From an uncultured delta proteobacterium (GTDB taxonomy: Bacteria; Myxococcota; Myxococcia; Myxococcales; Anaeromyxobacteraceae), in the NCBI GenBank assembly GCA_963766715.1, contig CAVYBH010000001.1, positions 192,001 to 256,000 of the forward strand: a DNA stretch of 64,000 bases. The letters run 5' to 3'. The notes below the pieces were generated by a model. The model did no database searches, had not been told where the DNA came from, and saw nothing but the letters and a program-made list of their open reading frames with translations. The position numbers and the translations under genes were made by a program. This document shows, piece after piece, positions 34,357-48,845 of the stretch (positions within the stretch are counted from its first letter, which is position 1; every line of letters starts with the position of its first letter).

Positions 34357-35613
34357 TCACGGCGCCGGGACGGCCCGGATCGCGTGGAGCGTCCCCGCGT
34401 AGTCCACCACGTACAGCTCGCCGTCGTTCCCCTCGGCGAACGACGAGATGGCGTGGGAGGTCGTGGCGAGGGGGATCGGCGTCCGGCTGCCGGAGGGGTC
34501 GGCCATCCAGATCCGGCCGCTGCCGAAGTCGCCGAAGACGTAGCGCCCCACCAGCCCGGGCATGGCGCTGCCCCGGTAGACGTAGCCGCCGGTGACGGCC
34601 GAGCCCTGCGAGTGGTCGTACTCGGAGACGGGGTCGACGAGCCCCGCGGTGGGGCAGCCGGTGGCCGGGTCGTAGCAGTGCGCGCCCTCGCGGAAGCGCC
34701 AGCCGTAGTCGGCGCCCCGGACGACGACGTCGATCTCCTCCCACGCGCCCTGGCCGACGTCGCCCACCCAGAGCTGCCCGGTCTGGCGGTCGAAGCTCCA
34801 GCGCCAGGGATTGCGGAAGCCCCAGGCGAAGATCTCCGGGCAGCTGGACGCGCCGCTCCCGGTGGCGCCGCAGGTCGCGTTGCCGGCGAACGGGTTCCCG
34901 GCCGCGCCGCCCGGGATCGCGTAGGGAGCGCCCCCGTCCACGTCGATGCGCAGCATCTTCCCGAGCAGCGTGGTCAGGGTCTGGCCGTTGTCGAGCGGAT
35001 CGCCGCCCGAGCCGCCGTCCCCGTACCCGGCGTAGAGGAAGCCGTCCGGGCCGAAGGCCACCTGCCCGCCCTTGTGGTTGGCGAAGGGCTGGTTCACCCG
35101 CAGCAACACCCGCTCGCTCCCCGGGTCGAGCGTGGCGCCGCCGTCCGGCGTGGTGAGCTCGGAGATGCGCGACTGGAGCGCGCCCGCCACGGTGGCGGTG
35201 TACGAGAGGTAGACGCGCGGGTTCGCCGGGAAGCGGGGGTGGAAGGCCATGCCCAGCAGGCCGGCCTCGCCTCCCGAGGTGACGCCGGGCAGCGCGACGA
35301 AGACGCTCGACGTCGCGACCCCCGGCTGGTTCGCGAAGACCCGGACCGTCCCCGCCTGCTCGACGACGAACCACCGCGACGCGTCGCGGGGCGCCTGCAG
35401 GAGCGCCACCGGGCTCGAGAAGGTGAGCCCCGGGAAGACCCGCTGGGTGGTCACCGCGGTGACGGGGACGACCGGCGGAGACGGGGGTGCCTGGGACGAT
35501 CCCCCGCAGGCGGAGAGGGCGACGAGCGTCGGACCGAGAGGGCGAGCGGCCGAGAGTCCGGGGCACGGTACCGGAGCCAATACCTGCGCCCCGGGCGCCT
35601 CCGGTCGCACCAC
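34357..35613 (-). CDS. Glucose/sorbosone dehydrogenase-family (PQQ-dependent) lipoprotein; start uncertain
   Basis: LSAC lipobox, [43 protein letters not shown]. Confidence 0.85.
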   Translation of the reverse strand: MVRPEAPGAQVLAPVPCPGLSAARPLGPTLVALSACGGSSQAPPSPPVVPVTAVTTQRVFPGLTFSSPVALLQAPRDASRWFVVEQAGTVRVFANQPGVATSSVFVALPGVTSGGEAGLLGMAFHPRFPANPRVYLSYTATVAGALQSRISELTTPDGGATLDPGSERVLLRVNQPFANHKGGQVAFGPDGFLYAGYGDGGSGGDPLDNGQTLTTLLGKMLRIDVDGGAPYAIPGGAAGNPFAGNATCGATGSGASSCPEIFAWGFRNPWRWSFDRQTGQLWVGDVGQGAWEEIDVVVRGADYGWRFREGAHCYDPATGCPTAGLVDPVSEYDHSQGSAVTGGYVYRGSAMPGLVGRYVFGDFGSGRIWMADPSGSRTPIPLATTSHAISSFAEGNDGELYVVDYAGTLHAIRAVPAP

Positions 35614-35631
35614 ATGGGGGTACCGGAACGC

Positions 35632-37011
35632 TTACTCCAGCCGGTCGAGCGCCTCGGAGACCGTCTCCACGCCGATGACCTCCATGCCGGCGGGGGCCTC
35701 GACGTGCCGGGCGTTCCCGGCCGGGACCACGGCGCGCCGGAAGCCCAGCCGCGCCGCCTCCGAGAGCCGGGCCTCGCCCTGCGCGACGGCGCGCACCTCG
35801 CCCGCCAGCCCCACCTCGCCCAGCACCAGCGTCCGGGCGTCGATGACCTTGTCGCGGAAGGAGGAGGCGAGCGCCGCCACCGTGGCCAGGTCGGCGGCGG
35901 GGTCCTCGAGCGTCATGCCGCCGGCCACGTTCACGAAGAGGTCGCAGCCCAGGATGTCGAGGCCGACCTTCTTCTCGAGCACCGCGGCGAGCAGGGCCAC
36001 GCGCGCCGGGTCGAGCCCGAGCGCGGTGCGGCGGGGGGTGCCGAAGCCGGTGGGCGCCACCAGCGCCTGCACCTCGACGAGCAGGGTGCGCGTCCCGGAG
36101 AGCGCCGCGGTGACCGCGCTCCCGGCCGCGTCCTGGGGGCGCTCGGCCAGGAAGAGCGCCGACGGGTTCGCCACCTCGGAGAGGCCGCGCGACTTCATCT
36201 CGAAGACGCCGATCTCGCTGGCCGAGCCGAAGCGGTTCTTGTGGGCGCGCAGCACGCGGTACGGGTGGGCGCCGCCCCCCTCGAAGTAGAGCACCGTGTC
36301 GACGATGTGCTCGAGCACGCGCGGCCCGGCGATGGAGCCGTCCTTCGTGACGTGCCCCACCAGGAAGACCGGCGTCTCGGAGGTCTTGGCGTAGCCCATC
36401 AGGCGCGCCGCCACCTCGCGGATCTGGGTCACCGTCCCGGGCGCCGACGAGAGCTCGGGCAGGTACTGGGTCTGGATCGAGTCGACCGCCAGGATGGCCG
36501 GCTCGAGCTGGGAGGCGACGTGGAGCACGCGGGAGGCGTCGGTCTCGGCCAGCAGGTGGAGGTTCTCCGCGTCGACCCCCAGCCGGTCGGCCCGCAGCTT
36601 CACCTGCCGCGCCGACTCCTCGCCGGTCACGTAGAGCACCGGGCGGCCGGAGAGCTGCTTCGCCAGCCGGTCGAGCGCGGTGAGGAGCAGCGTGCTCTTG
36701 CCGATGCCCGGGTCGCCGCCCAGGAGCACGAGCATCCCGGGCACCACGCCGCCGCCCAGCACCCGGTCGAGCTCGCCGATGCCGGTCCGGATGCGCTCGT
36801 CCTCGCTCGCCACCACCTCGCGCAGCGGGATGGGCTTCGCCGCCGAGGCGGCCGAGGGGACGCGGGACGCACTGTGGACGTCCGGCGCGACCTCCTCGTG
36901 GAGGGTGTTCCAGCGGTGGCAGGAGGGGCACTGGCCGAGCCATTTCGGGGAGGAATGCCCACACTCCGCGCAGGCATAGACGCTTTTCTGGCGGGGGGCG
37001 GGGCGGGCCAT
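35632..37011 (-). CDS. radA: DNA repair protein RadA/Sms
   Basis: C4 zinc finger [42 protein letters not shown]. Confidence 0.96.
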   Translation of the reverse strand: MARPAPRQKSVYACAECGHSSPKWLGQCPSCHRWNTLHEEVAPDVHSASRVPSAASAAKPIPLREVVASEDERIRTGIGELDRVLGGGVVPGMLVLLGGDPGIGKSTLLLTALDRLAKQLSGRPVLYVTGEESARQVKLRADRLGVDAENLHLLAETDASRVLHVASQLEPAILAVDSIQTQYLPELSSAPGTVTQIREVAARLMGYAKTSETPVFLVGHVTKDGSIAGPRVLEHIVDTVLYFEGGGAHPYRVLRAHKNRFGSASEIGVFEMKSRGLSEVANPSALFLAERPQDAAGSAVTAALSGTRTLLVEVQALVAPTGFGTPRRTALGLDPARVALLAAVLEKKVGLDILGCDLFVNVAGGMTLEDPAADLATVAALASSFRDKVIDARTLVLGEVGLAGEVRAVAQGEARLSEAARLGFRRAVVPAGNARHVEAPAGMEVIGVETVSEALDRLE

Positions 37012-37026
37012 GCGCGGACCTTGCCA

Positions 37027-37042
37027 TGCAACCCTGACGCCG
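37027..37042 (-). promoter_or_regulatory. Putative sigma54 promoter of radA
   Basis: Minus strand CGGCGTCAGGGTTGCA = GG-N10-GC with a TTGCA -12 element; 16 nt before the ATG. Confidence 0.6.
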
Positions 37043-37079
37043 GCCTGGCGCGGCCCGGACGCCGGAGCCGGCGGCCGAG

Positions 37080-37111
37080 TCGTCAACCCTCGCGTCGCGG
37101 CGGGTTGACGA
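37080..37111. promoter_or_regulatory. BirA operator overlapping the bioB -35 element
   Basis: TCGTCAACC-N14-GGTTGACGA inverted repeat, matching the deltaproteobacterial BirA box form; TTGACG(37105)-16 nt-TATCCT(37127). Confidence 0.8.
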
Positions 37112-37140
37112 CGGTCATGGGGCGGGTATCCTCCGGCCCC

Positions 37141-38223
37141 ATGTGCGAGACCCGCGCCGCGCTGCCCCCCGGAATCGAGCCCATCTCCGCCGACGAGGCC
37201 CGCCGCCTCATCCGGCTCACCTCCGGCCCCGAGTTCGAGGCGCTGCTCGACCGCGCCGGCCGGATCCGGCACGCCGTCCACGGCGACGAGGTGAGCCTGT
37301 GCGGGATCACCAACGCCAAGTCGGGCCTCTGCCCGGAGGACTGCGGCTTCTGCTCCCAGTCGGCCCACTACAAGGACGCCGACGCGCCGGTCTACTCGCT
37401 CCTCACCGCCCGCGAGATGCTCGAGCAGGCCAAGGCCGCCGAGGCCGCCGGCGCCCGCGAGTTCTCCATCGTGTGCAGCGGCACGCGGGTCTCCAAGGAG
37501 GAGGAGCTCTCGGTCATCGAGGAGGCCATCCGGCTCATCAAGGCCGAGACCACCGTCGAGCCCTGCGCCTCGCTCGGCCTCATGAAGGAGGCGGACATCG
37601 CGCGCCTCAAGGCCGCCGGCCTCATGCACCTGCACCACAACCTCGAGACCGCCCCCAGCCACTTCGACCAGGTCTGCACCACCCACACCTTCCAGGAGCA
37701 GATCGACACGGTCCGCTCGGCGAAGGGGCTCGGCCTCAAGCTCTGCACCGGCGGCATCCTCGGCATGGGCGAGTCCCCGGACCAGCGGGTCGAGCTCGCC
37801 GAGGTGCTGCGCGACCTCGACGTGGACTGCGTCCCGGTGAACTTCCTGAACCCGCGCCCCGGCACGCCCATGGGCCACCTCAAGGCCATCAGCGCCGAGG
37901 AGTGCCTGGCCGCCGTCGCCGTCTTCCGGCTCATGATGCCCACCGCGCACATCTTCGTGATGGGTGGACGGGAAGTGAACCTGGGCGGCCGGCAGGACGA
38001 CATCTTCCGCGCCGGGGCGAACGGCACCATGGTGGGCAACTACCTGACCAGCGCCGGCAAGACCCCGGAGCAGGTGGTCGAGATGATCACCGGCCAGGGA
38101 ATGACGGTGCGCCCCACGCCCGACGCCGAGCACTGGGCCTTCCACGGGGACGCGCCGGCCGAGACCAACTGGAACCGCAGGGCCACCGAGCCGGGGCGCC
38201 GCTCGCTGCGGGTGGTCCGGTAA
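37141..38223 (+). CDS. bioB: Biotin synthase
   Basis: [48 protein letters not shown]. Confidence 0.95.
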   Translation: MCETRAALPPGIEPISADEARRLIRLTSGPEFEALLDRAGRIRHAVHGDEVSLCGITNAKSGLCPEDCGFCSQSAHYKDADAPVYSLLTAREMLEQAKAAEAAGAREFSIVCSGTRVSKEEELSVIEEAIRLIKAETTVEPCASLGLMKEADIARLKAAGLMHLHHNLETAPSHFDQVCTTHTFQEQIDTVRSAKGLGLKLCTGGILGMGESPDQRVELAEVLRDLDVDCVPVNFLNPRPGTPMGHLKAISAEECLAAVAVFRLMMPTAHIFVMGGREVNLGGRQDDIFRAGANGTMVGNYLTSAGKTPEQVVEMITGQGMTVRPTPDAEHWAFHGDAPAETNWNRRATEPGRRSLRVVR

Positions 38224-38225
38224 GG

Positions 38226-39398
38226 GTGGCGGCCGACCGGCTCGACTGGATCCCCGGCGAGCTCGAGTCCCTGGAGCGCCAGGGGCTCCGCCGCCGGCTG
38301 GAGCCGATCTCCGGCCCGCAGGGCGACACCGTCGAGGTCGACGGGCGCTCGCTCGTCAACCTCTGCTCGAACGACTACCTGGGGCTCGCCACCGATCCGC
38401 GCCTCCGCCACGCCGCCATCGAGGCGGTGAAGCGGGAAGGGGCGGGGGCCGGGGCGGCGCGGCTCGTGGTGGGGGACCTCGCCATCCACCACCGGCTGGA
38501 GGAGCGGCTCGCCCGGATGAAGGGGACGGAGGCGGCGCTCCTCTTCTCCTCCGGCTACCACGTGAACGCCGGCGTGGTGGGCGCGCTGGTGGGCAGCGGC
38601 GACGCCGTCTTCTCCGACGCGTGGAACCACGCCTCCATCATCGACGGCTGCCGGCTCTCCCGGGCCGAGGTGCAGGTCTACCCGCACCGGGACGTCGACG
38701 CGCTGGCGAGCCGGCTCGCGGCCTCGAAGGCCCGCCGCAAGCTGGTGGCCACCGACGCCGTCTTCGGCATGGACGGGGACGCCGCGCCGCTCCGCGAGAT
38801 CGTCGACCTCTGCGAGCGGCACGGGGCCATGCTCTACCTCGACGAGGCCCACTCCACCGGCGTCCTGGGCGAGACCGGCGCCGGGCTGGCCGAGGCGCTC
38901 GGCGTCACCGATCGCGTCGACGTGCTCATGGGGACGCTGGGCAAGGCGCTCGGCAGCTTCGGCGCCTTCGTGGCCGGGTCGCGCCCGCTCTGCGACTGGC
39001 TGGTCTGCCGGGCCCGCACCTTCATCTTCACCACCGCGCTGCCGCCGTCCGCCTGCGGGGCGGCCCTGGCCGCCCTCGACGTGCTCGAGGGGGAGCCGGA
39101 GCGGCGCCGCCGCCTGGACGCGCTCTCCACGCGCATGAAGGCCGGGCTCGAGGCGATGGGCTTCCCCATGAAGGACGTGGTGGCCCCCATCTTCCCGGTG
39201 ATCCTGGGCGAGGAGACCCGCGCGCTCGAGGCCTCGCGGCGGCTGCGGGAGCGGGGCTACCTCGTGAAGGCCATCCGGCCGCCCACCGTGCCGCGCGGCA
39301 CGAGCCGGCTGCGGGTCTCGATCGGGGCGAGCCACGCCCCCGAGCAGGTCGACGGCTTCCTGGCCGCGCTGAAGGACGTGCTCTCTGCGCTAGGGTAG
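38226..39398 (+). CDS. bioF: 8-amino-7-oxononanoate synthase
   Basis: SNDYLGL, NHASIIDG, FGMDGD, DEAHS, TLGKALG, AIRPPTVP. Confidence 0.93.
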   Translation: MAADRLDWIPGELESLERQGLRRRLEPISGPQGDTVEVDGRSLVNLCSNDYLGLATDPRLRHAAIEAVKREGAGAGAARLVVGDLAIHHRLEERLARMKGTEAALLFSSGYHVNAGVVGALVGSGDAVFSDAWNHASIIDGCRLSRAEVQVYPHRDVDALASRLAASKARRKLVATDAVFGMDGDAAPLREIVDLCERHGAMLYLDEAHSTGVLGETGAGLAEALGVTDRVDVLMGTLGKALGSFGAFVAGSRPLCDWLVCRARTFIFTTALPPSACGAALAALDVLEGEPERRRRLDALSTRMKAGLEAMGFPMKDVVAPIFPVILGEETRALEASRRLRERGYLVKAIRPPTVPRGTSRLRVSIGASHAPEQVDGFLAALKDVLSALG

Positions 39399-39403
39399 GG
39401 GGC

Positions 39404-40383
39404 ATGACCCCTCCCAGCGTCCACGTCGTGTTCGGTGCCGGGCAGGTCGGCCTGCCGCTCGCCCGGTTGCTCGCCTCCCGGGGCCACGAGGTCCGGCTGG
39501 TGAGCCGATCCGGGAAGCCCTTGCAGGGCGGCAACGGCGGGAATCCAGGTGGTCGGGGCCGACGCCATGGACCTCGCCGCCTGCCGGTCGGCCGTGGCCC
39601 GCGCGGCCGCGGTCTACCACTGCATGAATCCGAAGTACGAGGCGGCAGCCTGGGAGCGGGAGCTGCCCCGCATCCAGGAGAACCTGATCGCCGCCACCGG
39701 GGAGGCCGGCGCCCGCCTGGTCGTCCTCGACAACCTGTACGCGGTCGGGCGCACCGGCGGCCGGCCCATGGACGGGGACGCGCCCGACGCGCCGTGCAGC
39801 CGGAAGGGAGCGGCCCGGGCCCGCCTCGCCGCCTCCCTGCGCGAGGCCGTGCGGCGGGGCGACGTGCGCGCCGTCACCGGCCGGGCCTCCGACTTCTTCG
39901 GCCCCGGGGGCCTGCAGACCCACTTCGGGGAACGCTTCTGGACGCGGCTCCTGGCCGGCAAGGGAGCCGAGGTGCTGGGCGATCCGGACCAGCCCCACAC
40001 CTATCACTTCCTCCCCGACGTGGCGGCCGGCCTGGCGGCGCTGGGCGAGGCCACCGACGCGGCCTGCGGGGCCGCGACCGGGGCCGCCTGGATCCTCCCC
40101 TGCGCTCCGGCCGGGACCACGCGCGACCTCGTCGCCGGGTTCGCCGCCGCGCTCGGGCGTCCCGTCGAGGTGCGCCGGATGCCGCGACTCCTGGTGAAGG
40201 TGCTGGGGCTCTTCGTCGCGCCGCTCCGCGAGGTCGGACGAGATGCTCTACCAGTGGGACGAGCCCTTCGTGGCCGACGACCGGGCCATCCGGACCCGCC
40301 TCGGCGCGCTGCCCACCCCGCCGGAGGAGGCGGCGCGGCGGACCGTGGCCTGGGCCGTGGCGAACTACGGCAGGCCGGCCTAG
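39404..40383 (+). CDS. NAD-dependent epimerase/dehydratase-like protein (two frameshifts)
   Basis: VFGAGQVG Rossmann motif, LDNLY, RKG..R, RASDFFGPG, EMLYQWDEPF. Confidence 0.75.
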
Positions 40384-40386
40384 GCG

Positions 40387-41592
40387 CTACACCCGCTCGA
40401 CCTGGTACTCGCGCTCGCGCAGCGCGCCGAGGATCTCCTCGACGTGCTCGGGGCCGCGGGCCTCCAGCGTGAGGAGCAGCGTGGTGTCGCCGAACCGCTC
40501 GCTGAAGGCGCGCGAGTGGTGCACCTCGATGACGTTGGCGCGCAGGCCGGAGATGATGCCGGAGACGATGGTCAGCTGGCCGGGCTTGTCGAGCAGCCGG
40601 ATGTTGATGCGGACCAGCCGTCCGTCCTTCACCAGGCCGCGCTCGATGACCCGGGCCACCACGTTCACGTCGATGTTGCCGCCGGAGATGACCGAGCAGA
40701 CCCGCTTCCCCTCCAGCTTCGGGAGCCGGTGGTGCATGAGGGCGGCCACGCCCACCGCCCCGGCCCCCTCCACCACGGTCTTCTCCTTCTCGAGCAGGTA
40801 GAGGATCGACGAGGCGATCTCCTCCTCGGTGACCGTGACGATCTCGTCGACCAGGGCCTGCACGTGCTCGAAGGTGATCTCGCCGGCCCGCTTCACCGCG
40901 ATGCCGTCCGCCAGCGTCGAGGCCGCCGGGAGCGTCACCAGCTCGCCCGCCTCCACCGCCGCCTGCATGCAGGGCAGCACGTCGGCCTCCACGCCGATCA
41001 CCTTCACCGACGGGCACAGGGCCTTCACCGCCACCGCGACCCCGGAGACGAGCCCTCCGCCGCCCACCGGCACGAGGATGGCGTCGAGCCCGGGCACCTG
41101 CTCGACCACCTCCAGCCCCAGCGTGCCCTGGCCGGCGATGATCGCCTCGTCGTCGAAGGGGTGGACGAAGGTCAGCCCCTCCTCCCGCTCCAGGCGGCGG
41201 GCCTCCGAGTAGGCCTCGTCGTAGTTGGAGCCGGAGAGCACCACCCGCGCGCCGTGGCCGCGGGTGTTCGCCACCTTCATGATCGGGGTGGTCTCCGGCA
41301 TGACGATGGTGGCCAGCACCCCGAGGCGCCCGGCGTGGTAGGCCACGGCCTGGGCGTGGTTGCCGGCCGAGGCGGCGATGAGGCCGCGGGCCCGCTCCGA
41401 TTCACTCAGGGTGAGCAGCTTGTTGAGGGCGCCCCGCTCCTTGTAGGCGCCCGTCATCTGCAGGTTGTCGAGCTTGAGGAACGCCTGCGTGCGCGTGAGG
41501 CGCGAGAGCGTCTCGGAGCGCGCGCAGGGGGACAGGTAGAGGGCGTCGCGGACGCGTTCCCGCGCCGCCTGCACGTCTTTCAGTGTGACCAC
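40387..41592 (-). CDS. ilvA: Threonine ammonia-lyase with C-terminal ACT domain
   Basis: TGAYKERGA, ASAGNHAQ, HPFDD, PVGGGGL, SGGNID, DKPGQL. Confidence 0.88.
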   Translation of the reverse strand: MVTLKDVQAARERVRDALYLSPCARSETLSRLTRTQAFLKLDNLQMTGAYKERGALNKLLTLSESERARGLIAASAGNHAQAVAYHAGRLGVLATIVMPETTPIMKVANTRGHGARVVLSGSNYDEAYSEARRLEREEGLTFVHPFDDEAIIAGQGTLGLEVVEQVPGLDAILVPVGGGGLVSGVAVAVKALCPSVKVIGVEADVLPCMQAAVEAGELVTLPAASTLADGIAVKRAGEITFEHVQALVDEIVTVTEEEIASSILYLLEKEKTVVEGAGAVGVAALMHHRLPKLEGKRVCSVISGGNIDVNVVARVIERGLVKDGRLVRINIRLLDKPGQLTIVSGIISGLRANVIEVHHSRAFSERFGDTTLLLTLEARGPEHVEEILGALREREYQVERV

Positions 41593-41601
41593 GAACGGAG
41601 G

Positions 41602-42126
41602 CTACCGGCTGGAGAGCCGGCGCGCCAGTTCGACCCGGTTTCGGACCCCGAGCTTGTCGAAGATGGTCTTCAGGTGGCTCTTCACCGTCTGCGGGGCGAT
41701 GGCCAGGCGCTCGGCGACCTCGCGGCTGCGAAGTCCGTCGGCGACCAGCAGCGCCACCTCGCGCTCGCGCTGGGTGAGGCCGTCGGAGGTGGCCTCCTCG
41801 ACCGCGGCCGGGCTCTCCACCACGCCGGGCAGGACCTCGCGCCAGAGGTGGAACTGTGTCCGGCCCTTGCCCACCGCGGTGGCCTCGACGCGGAGCCGCT
41901 CGCCGGCCTGCTCCATGATGAGCGTGCGACGCACGCCCGGAGGACCGACCTGGGCGCCGTCCGCCAGTCCGCGGAGCTCCGCGGGCATGGAGACCGAGTC
42001 TGCTGCGCTGGGCCAAAACGCCCTAAGCATCTCTTCACCTGCCCGGTCGCAGCGCAGCAACCCATCACCCTCGGATGTGGCCGAGGCGCCGCGAGGCAAC
42101 ACCCGTGCATTTGCCCGCATCATCAT
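41602..42126 (-). CDS. LuxR-type HTH transcriptional regulator
   Basis: LTQREREVALLVADGL..EVAERL.I...TVKSHLKTIFDKLGVRNRVEL; SD GGGGAGGGG. Confidence 0.8.
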   Translation of the reverse strand: MMMRANARVLPRGASATSEGDGLLRCDRAGEEMLRAFWPSAADSVSMPAELRGLADGAQVGPPGVRRTLIMEQAGERLRVEATAVGKGRTQFHLWREVLPGVVESPAAVEEATSDGLTQREREVALLVADGLRSREVAERLAIAPQTVKSHLKTIFDKLGVRNRVELARRLSSR

Positions 42127-42263
42127 GGCTTCGTCCCCTCCCCCTGCTGCAATCTCTCGCAGTAGAGTCAGTCTAGCACCTACACACACTCACGGGGGGG
42201 GTCGCTACCCTGAACGAGGTACACTCCCTGATGGGTGCAGGTTCAACTTATTATCTACCCCCA

Positions 42264-43462
42264 ATGTCCATTTCAGCGCCGCCAGAGCCTTCAACCCCCG
42301 GAGATCCGGGGCAGGGGCAAATCGCCCCCGGGCTGGTGCTGCTGCTCGCTTTCACGGCCGCGGCCACGGTCGCGAACCTCTACTACGCCCAGCCGCTCCT
42401 CCCGGAGATGGCCCGCTCCCTCGGGGTGAACGCGCGGACCGTCGGTTGGGTTCCCGTCCTGACGCAGGTGGGCTACGCAGTTGGGCTATTCCTCTTCATC
42501 CCGCTCGGAGATGCGGTCGAGCGGCGCCGGCTCATCCTGACCCTGGTGCTGGCCTCCGCGGCCGCGCTGGCCGGGGCCGCCGCCGCTCCGGGCATGGCCT
42601 GGCTCGCGGTCGCCAGCCTGGCGGTGGGGGGCTTCACGGTGGTGCCCCACGTGGCGGTGCCGCTCGCCGCCCACCTGGCCGCTCCCAGCCAGCGGGGCCG
42701 GGTCATCGGATTCATCATGAGCGGGGTGCTGGCGGGGATCCTGCTCGCCCGGACCTTCTCCGGCCTGGTGGGGGGCGCGCTGGGCTGGCGGACCGTCTAC
42801 GCCATCGCCGCGGCCGGGATGGTGGCGCTCGCCATCGCGCTCGCCCGCCTGCTCCCGCACGCGCCGCCCGAGCGCGCCGTGCGCTACCCGGAGCTGCTCG
42901 CGTCGCTCTGGACGCTCGTCCGTCGCGAGAGGGAGCTGCGCCAGGCCTCGCTCGTCGGCGCCGCCGTCTTCGGGGCCTTCAGCGTCTTCTGGACCACGCT
43001 CGCCTTCTTCCTCGAGACGCCGCCCTACCACTGGGGCGCCGAGGGAGCCGGCCTCTTCGGCCTGGTGGGGCTGGCCGGCGCGCTCACCGCGCCCATGGTG
43101 GGCCGGGTGGCCGACCGGCGCGGGGCGCGCTTCGCCACCGGCCTGGCGCTCGCCGTGGCGCTCTCCTCCTTCGCGCTCTTCGCGCTCGGGGGAAGGAACC
43201 TGGCCGGCCTCGTCCTGGGCGTCGTGCTGCTCGACGTGGGGATCCAGTCGGCCCACGTCTGCAACCTGGCCCGCGTCCACGCCCTCGACCCGGGCGCGCG
43301 CAGCCGGCGCAACACCGTCTACATGGTGTCGTACTTCGCCGGAGGGGCGCTCGGGACCTGGCTCGGCGTGCGGGCCTGGGTGCGGTTCGGCTGGATGGGC
43401 GTGTGCGCGGCCGGCGCGGCCTTCCTGCTCGCCGCGCTGCTCGCCTGGTGGCCGAAGGGGCG

Positions 43463-43470
<8 letters not shown>
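42264..43470 (+). CDS. MFS transporter (true 3' end uncertain; ORF stays open to 44045)
   Basis: ANLYYAQPLL, PLGDAVERRRL, GILLART, GWR.VY, SVFWTTL, NTVYM. Confidence 0.85.
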
Positions 43471-47063
<3,593 letters not shown>

Positions 47064-47149
47064 GGTGCGGCACCCCCTGGGGGCTGCTTAGATAGCACCC
47101 GGGTCTGACCGCTTCCACCCGTGCTCCCCCCTTCCTGGAAGGTGCCGCG

Positions 47150-47689
47150 ATGCTGAAGAAAATCCTGATCGCCGTGGTCGCCATCGTCGCCGTCTTCGCC
47201 GTCTACGTGTCCACCCGGCCGGCCACCTACCGCGTCGAGCGGACCCTGGTGGTGAAGGCGCCGGCCGAGGCCCTCTACGGCCAGGTCGTCGACTTCCGGA
47301 AGTGGCCCGCCTGGAGCCCCTGGGCGAACCTCGACCCCGCCATGAAGACCGACTTCACCGGCCCCGACGCCGCGCCGGGCTCCGTCTACCACTGGAAGGG
47401 CAACGACAAGGTGGGCGAGGGGCGCATGACCATCACCGGCGTGAAGCCCGACCAGGTCGTCGACATCAAGCTCGAGTTCATCAAGCCCTGGGAGCAGGTC
47501 AGCCAGACCGAGTTCACCTTCGTGCCCGACGGCGCAGGGACCCGGGTGACCTGGTCGATGTCCGGGGACCAGGACTTCGTGGGCAAGCTCTTCAGCGTCT
47601 TCATGAACATGGACAAGATGGTCGGGCCCGACTTCGAGAAGGGGCTGGCCTCGCTCCAGCGCATCGCCGAGGGGAAGCCGGCGCCCTGA
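47150..47689 (+). CDS. SRPBCC family protein
   Basis: N-terminal TM; WPAWSPW, Y.WKGN..VGEG.M, GTRVTWSM, GPDFEKGL. Confidence 0.85.
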   Translation: MLKKILIAVVAIVAVFAVYVSTRPATYRVERTLVVKAPAEALYGQVVDFRKWPAWSPWANLDPAMKTDFTGPDAAPGSVYHWKGNDKVGEGRMTITGVKPDQVVDIKLEFIKPWEQVSQTEFTFVPDGAGTRVTWSMSGDQDFVGKLFSVFMNMDKMVGPDFEKGLASLQRIAEGKPAP

Positions 47690-47701
47690 CCGGTCCGTGA
47701 C

Positions 47702-47737
47702 CCAGGCCGCGGCTCAGGCCGCGACTCAGGCCGCGAC
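47702..47737. repeat. 12-bp tandem repeat (T/C)CAGGCCGCG(A/G)C x3
   Basis: Units at 47702, 47714 and 47726; the last contains the glycosyltransferase stop codon. Confidence 0.8.
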
Positions 47738-48835
47738 GACGCCGTCGCCGTAGGCCGCGAGCGTCTTCCGCGCCATCGACTCCAGCGAGAACCCCGCGCG
47801 AACCCGCGCCTGCCCGGCCGCGCCGAGCCGGGCGGCGAGCGCCGGGTCGGAGAGCAGCGCGACGACGGCCGCGGCGAACGCGCCGGGATCGCCCGACTCG
47901 AAGAGCAGCCCCGACTCGCCGTGGACGACCAGCTCCGGGATGCCGCCCACGCGCGCGGCCACCACCGGGACGCCGGCGGCCATGGCCTCGGCGAGGGCGA
48001 GGCCGAGCGCCTCCTGCCGGGAGGGGAGGGTGGCGACGGTGAGGTCGGGGACGAGCCGGGCGGGGTCGTCGCGGTGGCCGAGGAAGTGGACCGAGCCGGC
48101 GATGCCCAGCGAGCGGGCCTGCGCCTCGAGGGCCGCCGTGGTCTTGCCGGCGTCGGCGTCGCCGCCGAGGAACACGAAGCGCGTCGACGGGTGGCTCGCC
48201 AGGATCGCCGGCGCGGCGCGGAGCAGGAGCTCCTGCCCCTTCGCGCCGCTGAGCCGCCCCGACAGGCCGACGAGCGGCACGCCGGCGTCGACGCCCAGCT
48301 CGCTCCGCAGGACGCCGCGCGGCGCCGAGGCGAACCGCTCCACGTCGATGCCGTTGTGCACCACGGCGACGAGCTCCGGAGGGACCTTGCCGGCGAGCTC
48401 GGCGGCGACGGCTCCGGAGACCGCGATGATCCGGTGCAGCCCGCGCGCCACCCAGCGCTTCCAGGGATTCGACCCGCGAGCCTTGGCGAGGTGGCGGGTG
48501 ACCACGACCCGGACGCCCGGGAGGCCCGAGGCGGCGAGGCGGCCCGTCGACCAGTCCTGGACCTGGTGGCCGTGGAGGACGTCGACGTGCTCGGCCAGGC
48601 AGAAGGCGCGCAGCTTCCAGGCGGCGCGCGGCTGGATCGTCCCGCTGGAGAGGACCGGGAGCACGTCGAACCCCTCCGCGGCGGCCGCGCGCGCGAGCGG
48701 CGAGTCGGGGCGGCAGGCGATGGTGATGCGGCAGCCGCTCTGGACGAGCGCGTGGGACAGGCCGAGGACGTGCACCTCTCCGCCGCCCCAGCCCTTGGCC
48801 GAGCTCACCTGGAGGACGTGCAGGGCGCGGGGCAC
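47726..48835 (-). CDS. GT4 family glycosyltransferase
   Basis: GGGE, AVS, VHNGID, GRL..AKG, PS..EALGLALAEAMAAG.PVV. Confidence 0.88.
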   Translation of the reverse strand: MPRALHVLQVSSAKGWGGGEVHVLGLSHALVQSGCRITIACRPDSPLARAAAAEGFDVLPVLSSGTIQPRAAWKLRAFCLAEHVDVLHGHQVQDWSTGRLAASGLPGVRVVVTRHLAKARGSNPWKRWVARGLHRIIAVSGAVAAELAGKVPPELVAVVHNGIDVERFASAPRGVLRSELGVDAGVPLVGLSGRLSGAKGQELLLRAAPAILASHPSTRFVFLGGDADAGKTTAALEAQARSLGIAGSVHFLGHRDDPARLVPDLTVATLPSRQEALGLALAEAMAAGVPVVAARVGGIPELVVHGESGLLFESGDPGAFAAAVVALLSDPALAARLGAAGQARVRAGFSLESMARKTLAAYGDGVVAA

Positions 48836-48845
48836 GAGGCGCCGG

